Of a stretch of DNA of 20,000 bases, positions 7,632 to 16,657 are shown piece after piece; within the stretch, counting starts at the first letter, position 1, and the number at the start of each line of letters is the position of its first letter. The stretch lies in NCBI GenBank assembly GCA_016218805.1, contig JACRCW010000092.1, positions 109,013-129,012 of the forward strand, in the 5' to 3' direction. A program made the position numbers and the translations under genes. This stretch comes from Deltaproteobacteria bacterium (GTDB lineage Bacteria; Myxococcota; JACRCW01). Under the pieces are notes generated by a model. That model saw nothing but the letters and a program-made list of their open reading frames with translations. It was not told the DNA's origin and did no database searches.

Positions 7632-10600
7632 ATGGTGAAGGTCTCCCGAGGAGAATCAACCCGCACGCGCACGCCCGGCGAGATTCCCGCGACCCCGGTC
7701 ACCCCCAGCGCGCCGGAACCGCAACACGCCCCAGTGACGACGGAGCCGCGCGACGCCATGGACCGGCGCGCCGCCGCCAGCACCGCACGCACGGTGGGTG
7801 CGGTGGCTCCGCGCACGCCCTCCGCGGCCATGCCGGACGGGCCGCGGCTGAGTGCGGGGACCCTCGCTGCCCGCGCCGGCTCGGTCGCCGGACACGCGGC
7901 TTCCCGCCGTGCTGCCGCCGCGCCGCGTGCGGACCACGCACCCACAGGCCCGGGCGCGCCGGAACAACTTCTCTCGCACGCGGTCGCCAGCGTGCGAAGC
8001 CTGTCGCCGGGAAGGTTGGGTTCCGTGGACCCGTTGCAGGTGCTGGACTCCGTCAAGGACGCGCACGTGGCCGTGCAGGTCCCCCTGAAGGCGGGCGAGT
8101 ACAAGCTCCAGGGTCACACCGTGCGCGTCCCCGCCAACACGACGATGACCGTGCAGATGGAGGTCCATGACGGACGCCTGGTGCCTGCGCGCGGCGGCCG
8201 TGGACAGCCGGAGGGCAGCGGCACGCGCGTGGACATCAACCCGCCACTTGACCTGCCCGCGTGGGCCACGGCGCGCGGCGCCTACGTTGAGGACAAGGGG
8301 AAGGGCCAGGGACAGGTCAAGGCGGACATTGGCGGCTGGTTTGACCAGAACATTGGCAAGAAGACGGACCTGCAGCTGGGCAACGTGGTGCGGTCCTTTG
8401 CAGACGGCAGCGCGGCCAGGCCTCCCTCCGCCAAGGAAAAGACGCCTTTCCCCGCGCAGATGTTTGACTTTGATAGCATGCGTTTCACGGCGGGCGAGGT
8501 GACGCTGAAAGACCGCGCACTGGATCTGGGGTCCATGAAGGTGGACCTGGCGGATGGCAACCGGCTCACCATCGACGGGACGGGACGCAGCGCGACGGCG
8601 CACGGGCTGGTGAAACTCGATTCCGTGGGTGTGAACCAGGATGGGTTTTCGTTGAAGTCCGGCCCGACGACGGCGAGCGTGGAGGCCACCTATGCGCGCC
8701 AACCCGATGGCACGCTGACGGTCTCCGGACGTGTGTCCGGGTTGGACGCCACGCTTGAGGGGCTGGAGTCCACGCGGGCCCGCGCGCCGGGCGACACCGA
8801 CCCCGACCGCGTGAGCCTTGGCGCGTCCACCCTCCGCAATGGGCAGCTTTCCGCGGAGGTCCGCGTAGGCCAGCGTGGTGGCCGGACAATGGCAGAGGCC
8901 ACGTCGCTGCGGGCTTCCGGCGAAGTGACCGGCACCGTCAACGAGCTCAAGCTGGGCGTGAAGGATGGACGCGATGATGCGCGTCTTTCGGTGACCGGCG
9001 GCCGCCTGCAGGGGTCCTTTGCCGTGGGGCCTGACGGAACACGCGTGGATGCAACCGTGCGCGGCACGCGCCTGGAGGTGGCGGACCTGCAGTCCGAGGG
9101 CCGCCAGACCGCGCTGGACCTGCACCATGCGCGCGTGCAGGGCGACGCCAGGGTGAAGGTGGACACGGCCGCGCGCAGCGTGGAGGTGGAGGCCAGCGGC
9201 CGGCAGCTGGACGTGCGCGTGGATGACCTGCGCTACCGCGGACAGATGTTTGACGCGGACCTGGCGCGCACGGAGCTGACCGGTGACGGCACCCTGAAGG
9301 TGAGCAACAGCGGCGTGGCCATCCGCGGGGACCTGCGCATCAAGGGTGGGCTGGACGATTTCCGCGGCCAGCGTGCTGACGGCGACGTGGGCATTGATGT
9401 GGCCCGGGGGTCAACGCTGGACGCGCACCTCACCGAGCTGCGCGCGGGCGCGGATGGGTTTGCCCTGGATGCGAAGGGCACGGTGGACGTGGGACTGGAG
9501 AAATACCGCGCGGCCATTCCCGGGGTGACCGCGGAGGGAGACGCGCGGCTGTCCGGCACCGGCGCGCTGTCCATCCGCAATGACCGCGTTTCGTTCACCA
9601 GCGAGGACGCGCGCCTGCGGATGAACGTCGACGACGCGAAGGTCGCGCCGGGCGGTGACGCGTTCTCGTTGGACGTGGCGCAGGGCAGTTCACTGGACCT
9701 GCGCGTCAACGCGTTCACCGCGAGCCGGGACGCCGCGGCGACGCAGCTGCAACTGCGCAAGGGCAGCGTTCTGGATGCCACGCTTGACGGTGGGCACGTG
9801 CAGGCGGGCGGGACGCGCATGGACCTGCAGCCCGGCAGCCGCGCGCGCTTTGAGATTGACCGCATGGAGCAGAAGCCCGGCGCCGCCCCCGCGGTGCAGG
9901 GCCGGCTCTCCGTTGACGTCACCGCGACGGGTCAGGTTGCCACGGGACGCGAGCTGGCCCCGGGCGTCCGCCTGGATGCGATGGACGGGGCTGCGGGCAC
10001 CGCAAGGCTCACCGTCGACGATGTCACGCTGCGCGAAGACGGGACCTTCTCGCTCAAGGGCGTGGCCGTGGGCGTGCACGCGCGCGCAGGGTCCATCCGT
10101 GGTGTGGCGGCGCCGCTGGCGGCCCCGGGTACCCCCATGGCGGCACCGGCGGCCCCCGTGGAGGTGCAAGGGCCCCGTTTGGCGCCGGAGGTTTCGCCCA
10201 CGGGGACGCTCTCCGCGGGCACCGTCCAGGCTTCCTCCGCGGGTACCATTGCCGGCGCGGACACGCGCGTGGCGCGCGCCGCACAGCTGCAACCGTTGGA
10301 GATGGCCAAGCGGATCCAGGATGGCACGCTGCACCTGGAGATTCCCGTCGAGGGGCGCGTGGGCGGCAGCGTCCTGGGCGTGGACTTCTTGCCGGGCACG
10401 ACCCTCACGTTGGACGCCAAGGTGGTCAATGGCCGGGTGATTCCGGACCAGACCAAGGCGACCCTGTCCAAGCCGGGCGACGCCACGGCGTGGGTGGGCG
10501 TGCGCGGGGCGTACTTTGACAAGAACAACACGCTGCGGGCTGACCTCAGCGGGTTCCCGGACCTATCCCTCAGCGACAAGCTGAAGAACATGCCGATGGA

Positions 10601-12341
10601 CGTCAGCCAGTTTGTGGACCGGTTGTCCGCCAAGGGTGAGCGTAAGAGCGGCAATACCGGCAGCGCGCCGGACATACTGAAGCTGGACCGGGCCACGTTC
10701 TCCGTCCGTGACGCGTCCTTTGCGCCTGGGCCCATGGCGGTGCCCGGCGGTTTTGTGGACGTGGCCCCGGGCAACCGGATGTCCGTCTCCGGCACGCCCC
10801 AGGCCGCCACGCTGCGCGGGAACGTGAACCTCCGCGCCGTGGACGTGGTGCAGGACGGCGTAGCGCTCAAGACCGGCCCGGGCAGCGCGGAACTGGCGGT
10901 GCAGTGGAACGGTGATGCCTCCGGCAACGGCCGCGTGACGACCGAGTTGCGCAACATGTCGCTCCAGACGCAATACGCCGTCGAGAAGCGTGCGAACGGC
11001 GACTACCTCCACCTGGCGGAGGGCCGCGTGGAGGGCGGTTCACTCAGGCTGGTTGCAGACGTGAAGCGCGGCGCATCCGGCGCACCGGCGCTCACCGCGG
11101 GCGAGACCGTGCTGGACCTGCCCCGGTTTGACGGCACGCTGGCCGGCGGGCGCGTGACGGTGAAGGACGCGGACGGCACCGCGCAGGTTGAGCTGGGTCG
11201 CACGCGCGTGTCCGGCTCCGTGCACGCGGACCGCGCGGAGATTCGCATCACCGGTGAGGTGCAGGAGATGGACGCCGCGGTGCGCGACTTTGCAGCCGCC
11301 GGGGGCCGCAGCAGCGCGCGGGTGGACTACGCGCGGGTGCAGGGCTCGGGGCGGGTCGATTTCTCGACGAAGACCGGCGTCAGCATCGACGCGGACGTGC
11401 ACCACGTGCAGCTGCGGGCGCCCGACCTGAAGGCCGGCACGGGCACCGGTACTATCGACGCGGGGACGACGGTCGTTGCTGGCAGCGGAAAGGTGTCCTT
11501 CCGGTCCAACGGGGATCTCTCCGTGAAGGGCGACCTGCGAATGCAGACGACGCTGGACGCCGCACGACTGGCGGCCGGCACCGCGGGCAACCAGGTGGAT
11601 GCGAAGGTTGACGCGGGGTCCACCGTCACCGCCCGGGTCAACTCGCTCACGCTGAGCCGCGCGGACGGGCTGCGGATAGCCGGCGAGGCGGGTGTGGACC
11701 TGACGGTGGCAGACTTTGCCACGGACGCCGGGGGCGCGCGTGTGACCGGCCGCGCGCGGGTCCGCGGCGGTGGCGCGTTCACCGTTGACCCCGCGCGGGG
11801 ACTGGACCTCCCCAAGGCGGTGCGCGTGGACGTTGACGTCACGGACGCCAAGTTGGGCATACCCGGCAGCGGGCTGTTCCTTGACGTGGCCAAGGGAACC
11901 CGCCTGACGCTGCAGCCCTCCGAGGCGGACCTGGGTCCTGACGGCACCCTGCGCCGCGTGGACCTGGGCAAGGGAAGCCGCATGACGGGCACGTTGGACG
12001 GGGGCGAATTCCGTCTCCCCGGCACCGACGGTCCCATCGTCCTGGGCGCGGGGACCGGGTTCGACTTCGTGGCCGACGAAGCCGTCCTGGAGAACGGGGC
12101 CCGCGTGGTGCAGGGGCACCTGACGCTCCAGGCGGAGGTGGACGCGTCCTCGGTGGACCTTGCAGCTCTTACGCGGCGCGGCGCCGTGACCATCGCCAAG
12201 GTGGAGGGAGCGCGGGCCCACCTCAACGTCAACGTGGGAACCGTCCGCCTGGGGGCGGACGGATCGGTAGAACTGCGTGACACGTCCGCGGAGCTGGACG
12301 CAAAACTGGCCGATATCAGCGGCGAGTATTGGAAGAAGTGA
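7632..12341 (+). CDS. Large hypothetical beta-strand-rich protein (1569 aa) with two tandem ~690-aa homologous modules
   Basis: 4.7-kb open frame with RBS and coding-like codon bias. Pro/Ala/Thr-rich N-terminal ~130 aa with no signal peptide or TM helix. Alternating hydrophobic/polar strands with Gly/Asp turns throughout. No family recognised. Confidence 0.9.
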   Translation: MVKVSRGESTRTRTPGEIPATPVTPSAPEPQHAPVTTEPRDAMDRRAAASTARTVGAVAPRTPSAAMPDGPRLSAGTLAARAGSVAGHAASRRAAAAPRADHAPTGPGAPEQLLSHAVASVRSLSPGRLGSVDPLQVLDSVKDAHVAVQVPLKAGEYKLQGHTVRVPANTTMTVQMEVHDGRLVPARGGRGQPEGSGTRVDINPPLDLPAWATARGAYVEDKGKGQGQVKADIGGWFDQNIGKKTDLQLGNVVRSFADGSAARPPSAKEKTPFPAQMFDFDSMRFTAGEVTLKDRALDLGSMKVDLADGNRLTIDGTGRSATAHGLVKLDSVGVNQDGFSLKSGPTTASVEATYARQPDGTLTVSGRVSGLDATLEGLESTRARAPGDTDPDRVSLGASTLRNGQLSAEVRVGQRGGRTMAEATSLRASGEVTGTVNELKLGVKDGRDDARLSVTGGRLQGSFAVGPDGTRVDATVRGTRLEVADLQSEGRQTALDLHHARVQGDARVKVDTAARSVEVEASGRQLDVRVDDLRYRGQMFDADLARTELTGDGTLKVSNSGVAIRGDLRIKGGLDDFRGQRADGDVGIDVARGSTLDAHLTELRAGADGFALDAKGTVDVGLEKYRAAIPGVTAEGDARLSGTGALSIRNDRVSFTSEDARLRMNVDDAKVAPGGDAFSLDVAQGSSLDLRVNAFTASRDAAATQLQLRKGSVLDATLDGGHVQAGGTRMDLQPGSRARFEIDRMEQKPGAAPAVQGRLSVDVTATGQVATGRELAPGVRLDAMDGAAGTARLTVDDVTLREDGTFSLKGVAVGVHARAGSIRGVAAPLAAPGTPMAAPAAPVEVQGPRLAPEVSPTGTLSAGTVQASSAGTIAGADTRVARAAQLQPLEMAKRIQDGTLHLEIPVEGRVGGSVLGVDFLPGTTLTLDAKVVNGRVIPDQTKATLSKPGDATAWVGVRGAYFDKNNTLRADLSGFPDLSLSDKLKNMPMDVSQFVDRLSAKGERKSGNTGSAPDILKLDRATFSVRDASFAPGPMAVPGGFVDVAPGNRMSVSGTPQAATLRGNVNLRAVDVVQDGVALKTGPGSAELAVQWNGDASGNGRVTTELRNMSLQTQYAVEKRANGDYLHLAEGRVEGGSLRLVADVKRGASGAPALTAGETVLDLPRFDGTLAGGRVTVKDADGTAQVELGRTRVSGSVHADRAEIRITGEVQEMDAAVRDFAAAGGRSSARVDYARVQGSGRVDFSTKTGVSIDADVHHVQLRAPDLKAGTGTGTIDAGTTVVAGSGKVSFRSNGDLSVKGDLRMQTTLDAARLAAGTAGNQVDAKVDAGSTVTARVNSLTLSRADGLRIAGEAGVDLTVADFATDAGGARVTGRARVRGGGAFTVDPARGLDLPKAVRVDVDVTDAKLGIPGSGLFLDVAKGTRLTLQPSEADLGPDGTLRRVDLGKGSRMTGTLDGGEFRLPGTDGPIVLGAGTGFDFVADEAVLENGARVVQGHLTLQAEVDASSVDLAALTRRGAVTIAKVEGARAHLNVNVGTVRLGADGSVELRDTSAELDAKLADISGEYWKK
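8028..12338 (+). repeat. Protein-level tandem duplication: module A ~8028-10103, module B ~10290-12338
   Basis: Colinear matches: DPLQVLDSVKD/QPLEMAKRIQD; VHDGRLVP/VVNGRVIP; AWATARGAYV/AWVGVRGAYF; KADIGGW/RADLSGF; VDLADGNRL/VDVAPGNRM; QDGFSLKSGP/QDGVALKTGP; HARVQGDARV/YARVQGSGRV; LDVAQGSSL/LDVAKGTRL; KGSVLDATLDGG/KGSRMTGTLDGG; VQGRLSV/VQGHLTL; VTLREDGTFSL/VRLGADGSVEL. Confidence 0.9.
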
Positions 12342-12346
12342 GCGGC

Positions 12347-13510
12347 TCAGCGCGTGTTGAACACGTAGTCCGGATACAGCACGTCCACGGTGGCAACGGT
12401 TTCCTTGCCTCCGCCCGGCGCATCCACGCGCACGGTGATGCCGTCCGTGTGGTTCTTTTCAATCTCCGTGGGGTGCGTGGACTTCTCCACGCGCACGCCG
12501 GACTGGTAGCCCACCGGGATGACGGCGCGGACGCTGGCCGGCTCCGTCTTGAAGTTCTTCACTTCGATCCGGTAGCGCCGGAAGCGGTCCGCGCGGATGA
12601 CGTACGTGTCCGGTTCCTGCGCGCTGGCACGCACGCGCACCACGTTGCGGTCCTCGTCCTTGTCCAGGAACCACTTGACCCGCAGGTCCGGCGCCCCGCC
12701 GCCGCGGACCTCCGCCTTTTCACCGTGCGCCACCGTCGGCAACAGGTCTTCACCCAGGAACGCCTGGCTGCCCTGCCTGTCCAGTTGGAACAGGCGGATC
12801 TTCCCCGGCAGCAGCGCGCTCTTGTCCGGCGTCAGCGCCGTGTCATTCACCAGCACGTAGAACAGTTCCGGCGTCAGCGGCTGCGGCGCGCCGCCCACGT
12901 ACGGCATGGGTGACAGCGGCACGCGGTAGATGCGCTGGCTGGGGATGGGGGACGGTGTCATGGCGTTGACCTTGCGCCCCTCCGGCATTCCCAGCGGGCC
13001 GCGGTAGGACAGACCGCTTCCCAGCGCCACATCCACGTCGTCAAACCGCTCACCGCTGCGGTTGAACGCCGTGGCCTCCTTGTGGATGCGCCAGGCGCCG
13101 CCCTGCCCGTCCAGCACGCCCTGGTAGCTGGTCTCGCGCGTGATGTTCCCCAGCAGGTAGCTCACGCGGAAGGTGGTCACCGCGTCCTTCTCCGCAAACA
13201 CCTCCGCCTCCACCGCGCCGGAGTCGCCCGGCGGGAACGTGAACCCAATGACGCGCACGTCGTCACCGCCGCCCAGCACGGTCAGCATCAGCGACCCCGG
13301 ATCAATCACCACGTTCTTCCAGCTGAACAGCACCGTGTTGGTGCCTTTGGTGAGGCCCACCGTCCGCGTCTCGTTGACCAGGTGGCCGCGCTCACCCAGT
13401 TGCAGGTTCGCCTTGTCCCGCCTGGGCGTGGGCGTCATGGCCGTGCGCGCCTGCAGCAGTCCGGCTCCGGCCAGCATCAGCAGCGTAGAAACAACAAAGA
13501 AGCGCCGCAT
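12347..13510 (-). CDS. Secreted DUF4139-domain protein (short paralogue)
   Basis: Signal peptide MRRFFVVSTLLMLAGAGLLQA. Motifs LVNETRTV.L.KG.N.V.FSW...IDPGSL, SYL.GNIT...SY, FNRSGERF, LLPGKIRLF, FLGED.LP...GE, YRIEVKNFK. Confidence 0.8.
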   Translation of the reverse strand: MRRFFVVSTLLMLAGAGLLQARTAMTPTPRRDKANLQLGERGHLVNETRTVGLTKGTNTVLFSWKNVVIDPGSLMLTVLGGGDDVRVIGFTFPPGDSGAVEAEVFAEKDAVTTFRVSYLLGNITRETSYQGVLDGQGGAWRIHKEATAFNRSGERFDDVDVALGSGLSYRGPLGMPEGRKVNAMTPSPIPSQRIYRVPLSPMPYVGGAPQPLTPELFYVLVNDTALTPDKSALLPGKIRLFQLDRQGSQAFLGEDLLPTVAHGEKAEVRGGGAPDLRVKWFLDKDEDRNVVRVRASAQEPDTYVIRADRFRRYRIEVKNFKTEPASVRAVIPVGYQSGVRVEKSTHPTEIEKNHTDGITVRVDAPGGGKETVATVDVLYPDYVFNTR

Positions 13511-13513
13511 GGG

Positions 13514-14854
13514 TCACCGCCCCTTCTTTTCGGCCAGCGTGCCGCGTTTCACGGAGATGGCGTACCGGAGCACTTTCCGGCCAAAGCCGTCCAGGTCTTC
13601 GCGGACCACCAGTGTCGTCGTGTTCTCCGCCTTGGCGGACTTGAGCGTGACGGTCGCGGGGGCCTCGTGGCTCTGGCGCACTTCAAATGTTGCGGGTTCG
13701 GCCGCGCCGTTCACCAACGTCAGCTCCCACTCCGTGATGTCCTCCCAGCCCAGCGTGCGGCCCAGTGCATCCTTGTCCACCACCTTGCGCGCGAAGCTCT
13801 TGACGTACGCCTCGCACGTCACGCCCGGCGTGGAACCCACCGGAGCTTCCGCCTCCTCGCCCATGGGCGTGTACGGGAGTTGCCCATTGCCATCAAACGC
13901 ATTGCCGTCACGCGTCGCGCGGAACAGCAGCAGGCGCCCCTCCGGGAGCGGCTGCGTACCCATGCGGTTCTCCCGGGTGTTCTTGAATGAGAGCACGCGT
14001 TGTGCGGGGACCCGGCCGCTGGGATTCACGCAGCGGTACACGTCCTTCACCGCCACGTCGCGGTAGCTGAACGCGCGCATGCGCCGCGCGCCCGCGTTGG
14101 GAACGCTCTCGGTTCCCTCAATGCTGTACAGGTGCAGTTCACTGAGGCTCTCGCGTTCCACCGCCTTGGGCCGGCTGGCGCGCATGGCCCCGCCGGACGC
14201 CTTGGACAGCGACGCGGGCGCGGCGGCGGGCATGGCCTCGTCCTCCGCGAACTCACGCATCATCTCCTGGGCCGGTGCCTGCGGCGCGTACCCGCGCGCC
14301 TCCTGCTTGAAGCGCTGTGCAATCTCCGCAATGCGCTCCACCAGGCGGACCTCACCCACCACCAGCCGGAACCTCGCATCCCGGTATTCCTCCCCGCTGC
14401 TGTTGGTCACGGTGATCCACGTCTCCACGGATGCGCGCCCGCCGCCGGTGAGGGTGACGAGGTGGTCCCCGGCCCAGGTGAGGCCGCTGGTGAAATACTG
14501 CACGGACATGGGCCCCCCCACCTGCTCAGCGGCCTGCAACTCCCACACAAGGCTCTCGCCGTGGTCCAGCGGATAGGTGGTATTGAGGACCTTCACGCCC
14601 GGCGGCGGGAACGCCAGCAGCGACGTCGGGTCAATCAGCGTGCCCGACCATTCGAAGCGCATGGGATTCACGCCCTTCTTGAGGACCACCGCGCGGCGGT
14701 CCTTCACCAGCGTGAGGTCCGCGCTGTTGTAGATGGTGACACTGACGTCCTGGCGTTCGGCGACGGTGGCAAAGCCGACAAACGCGAGCACGGGAGCAGA
14801 CGCCGCGGTCACCCCGACGAGGACTGCGGTCAAAACGCGTGCAGGTGTGCGCAT
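13514..14854 (-). CDS. Secreted DUF4139-domain protein (long paralogue)
   Basis: Start at ATG 14854 gives the signal peptide MRTPARVLTAVLVGVTAASAPVLA. Motifs VSVTIYN...LVKDRR..LKKGVN...IDPTSL, YFTSGLTW, VTNSSGEEY..A..RLVVGEV, an Ala/Met-rich insert, ELHLYSI, PLPEG. Confidence 0.88.
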   Translation of the reverse strand: MRTPARVLTAVLVGVTAASAPVLAFVGFATVAERQDVSVTIYNSADLTLVKDRRAVVLKKGVNPMRFEWSGTLIDPTSLLAFPPPGVKVLNTTYPLDHGESLVWELQAAEQVGGPMSVQYFTSGLTWAGDHLVTLTGGGRASVETWITVTNSSGEEYRDARFRLVVGEVRLVERIAEIAQRFKQEARGYAPQAPAQEMMREFAEDEAMPAAAPASLSKASGGAMRASRPKAVERESLSELHLYSIEGTESVPNAGARRMRAFSYRDVAVKDVYRCVNPSGRVPAQRVLSFKNTRENRMGTQPLPEGRLLLFRATRDGNAFDGNGQLPYTPMGEEAEAPVGSTPGVTCEAYVKSFARKVVDKDALGRTLGWEDITEWELTLVNGAAEPATFEVRQSHEAPATVTLKSAKAENTTTLVVREDLDGFGRKVLRYAISVKRGTLAEKKGR

Positions 14855-14923
14855 GGCGCGCACCGTAATCCCTGGGGACGGGGCGTGAACAGCACTGCGG
14901 CGGACACCGCCGTGCAACGCTCC

Positions 14924-16657
14924 TCAGCTGAGCACGCGGTCCATGTTGAAGTGCGATGCGCCATCCGGCCCGCGCTCCCACTCGGCCAGCGGGTCGGGTG
15001 ATGCAATCAGGTCCACCACGACGTGCGCCGTGCCGGGAGGAAGGCGCAGACCGCGCACATCAAACGGCTGCACGGGCCGCCACTCCCAGACGGCGCCAAC
15101 GCGGCGCGCGCGCATCCGCGCCGCGCGGCGGTCCTCCACTTCGGCCGCCGCCACCTCTTCCGGCAGCTCCACCCGCGTGGTCATCAGCGCGGGCCGCCCG
15201 AACGCCACCACCGAGCACGGCGTGGTGATGCGTCCCACCAGCGCCTCCAGTTTCAGCGCATCCGCCTCCACGGACGCAGTGACCTCCTGGAATCCGCGCG
15301 CCGCCAGTTCCCGCGCGGCGAGCGCATTGAGGACCGCCAGACCCGGCCCTGCCATCATCCGCGCGCCTGCGCGCCGGGAGAGAAACCAACCGCCCCAGCT
15401 GTTGGCCTCCACCGTCACCCCGTGCAGCACCGCCGCGGCGACGAGAGCCGCGAGCTGCGGGAGTTCCTCCTCAAAGGACACGCCCGGCAGCGCAACCACC
15501 AGCGGCACGCCGGGAACGCGCGCCTTGAGTTGTGCCAGCGCGTTCCCATCGAGTCCCTCGACGATGGCCCCCGCGGCTGGAGTGACCCGCGCGAGGAACG
15601 CGGGCGCCTGTTCCGCGGTGAGCCGCACGCGATCCGGCCGCGGCCCACTCCCGGACTGCGCGGGCGCATCCACCGCGCGCAGCAGTTCCGCCACGTCGTC
15701 ACGCACGGTGACTTGCGGGAAATGCGGTGTTTCTGCGGCTTCCTTGGAAGGGCCTGCGGCACCGGGAGTGCCCCGTTCCACCAGGTCATGGCGCTGTCCA
15801 TCCAGGTAGCCGGAAGTCAGGCGCCGCCCGGGGGGTGCGCCACGCCGCTCCGCATCCCGTGCCAGCTCATCCGGCGCGTCAGCACCGTCAATGGCGCGGC
15901 GCAGCAGCGCGACCGATGCGCGAACCCACGACGGGTTCTTCATCCGTCCTTCGATCTTCACCGCGCGCACGCCCGCGTGGCGCAGTTCATCCATCCGCGC
16001 GACCAGGGAAAGGTCATGCATGGAGAACGGCGTCCCGCCCGGCTCCCCGTCCAGCGTCCAGTCCACGCGACACGGGCTGGTGCACTGCCCGCGGTTGCCA
16101 CTGCGGCCGCCCACCCAGCTGGAGAGCAGGCAGCGCCCGGACACGGAGAAGCACATGGCGCCGTGCGCGAACACCTCCGTCTCCACACCCTCCACGCGCG
16201 ACGCCGCGACGATCTCTGCCAGGGTCAGCTCGCGCGCGAGCACGACGCGCCGCACGCCAAGGTCGCGTGCCGCTTCCACGTCCGCGCTGCTGGTCACGCA
16301 CGCCTGCGTGCTGAGGTGGTACTCCAGTTCGGGAAAGTGCCGCCGCAGCGCAAGCAGCGCGGGATCGCGCACAATGACGACGTCAACTCCGAGGCGGCTC
16401 GCCACCTCCAGCGACCGCGCCGCGCGTGACAGCTCGTCCTGTGCGAGATCAATGTTGAGCGCCAGGTGCACGCGCCGGCCGCGCGCATGGGCGGCGACGC
16501 ACGCGTCCGCGAGTTCCCCCTCCGAGAAGTTGCGCGCATACCGCCGCGCATTGAGCGTGGTCAGCCCGAGGTAGACCGCGTCCGCGCCCGCCTCCAGCGC
16601 CGCATCCAGGCACGCGCGGTTGCCTGCAGGCGCAAGAAGCTCCAGGGGCGATGACAT
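14924..16657 (-). CDS. Peptidase U32 family Fe-S protein (RlhA/TrhP-like RNA hydroxylase)
   Basis: ELLAPAG, GADAVYLG, NAR...NFS, HLSTQ, RVVLAREL, EVFAHGAMC, intact CX6CX15CX3C (CFSVSGRC...GQCTSPC), KIEGRMK. Start taken as ATG 16657. Confidence 0.92.
   Translation of the reverse strand: MSSPLELLAPAGNRACLDAALEAGADAVYLGLTTLNARRYARNFSEGELADACVAAHARGRRVHLALNIDLAQDELSRAARSLEVASRLGVDVVIVRDPALLALRRHFPELEYHLSTQACVTSSADVEAARDLGVRRVVLARELTLAEIVAASRVEGVETEVFAHGAMCFSVSGRCLLSSWVGGRSGNRGQCTSPCRVDWTLDGEPGGTPFSMHDLSLVARMDELRHAGVRAVKIEGRMKNPSWVRASVALLRRAIDGADAPDELARDAERRGAPPGRRLTSGYLDGQRHDLVERGTPGAAGPSKEAAETPHFPQVTVRDDVAELLRAVDAPAQSGSGPRPDRVRLTAEQAPAFLARVTPAAGAIVEGLDGNALAQLKARVPGVPLVVALPGVSFEEELPQLAALVAAAVLHGVTVEANSWGGWFLSRRAGARMMAGPGLAVLNALAARELAARGFQEVTASVEADALKLEALVGRITTPCSVVAFGRPALMTTRVELPEEVAAAEVEDRRAARMRARRVGAVWEWRPVQPFDVRGLRLPPGTAHVVVDLIASPDPLAEWERGPDGASHFNMDRVLS

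Noticed and set aside
7632..12341. Giant ORF as an autotransporter, haemagglutinin, RTX or Rhs protein
   Set aside because: No signal peptide, TPS domain, GGXGXD repeats, YD repeats or terminal aromatic barrel signature.
12339..12349. Palindrome TGAGC-G-GCTCA between convergent genes
   Set aside because: Mostly formed by the two facing stop codons; too short and lacks a U-tract, so not a terminator.
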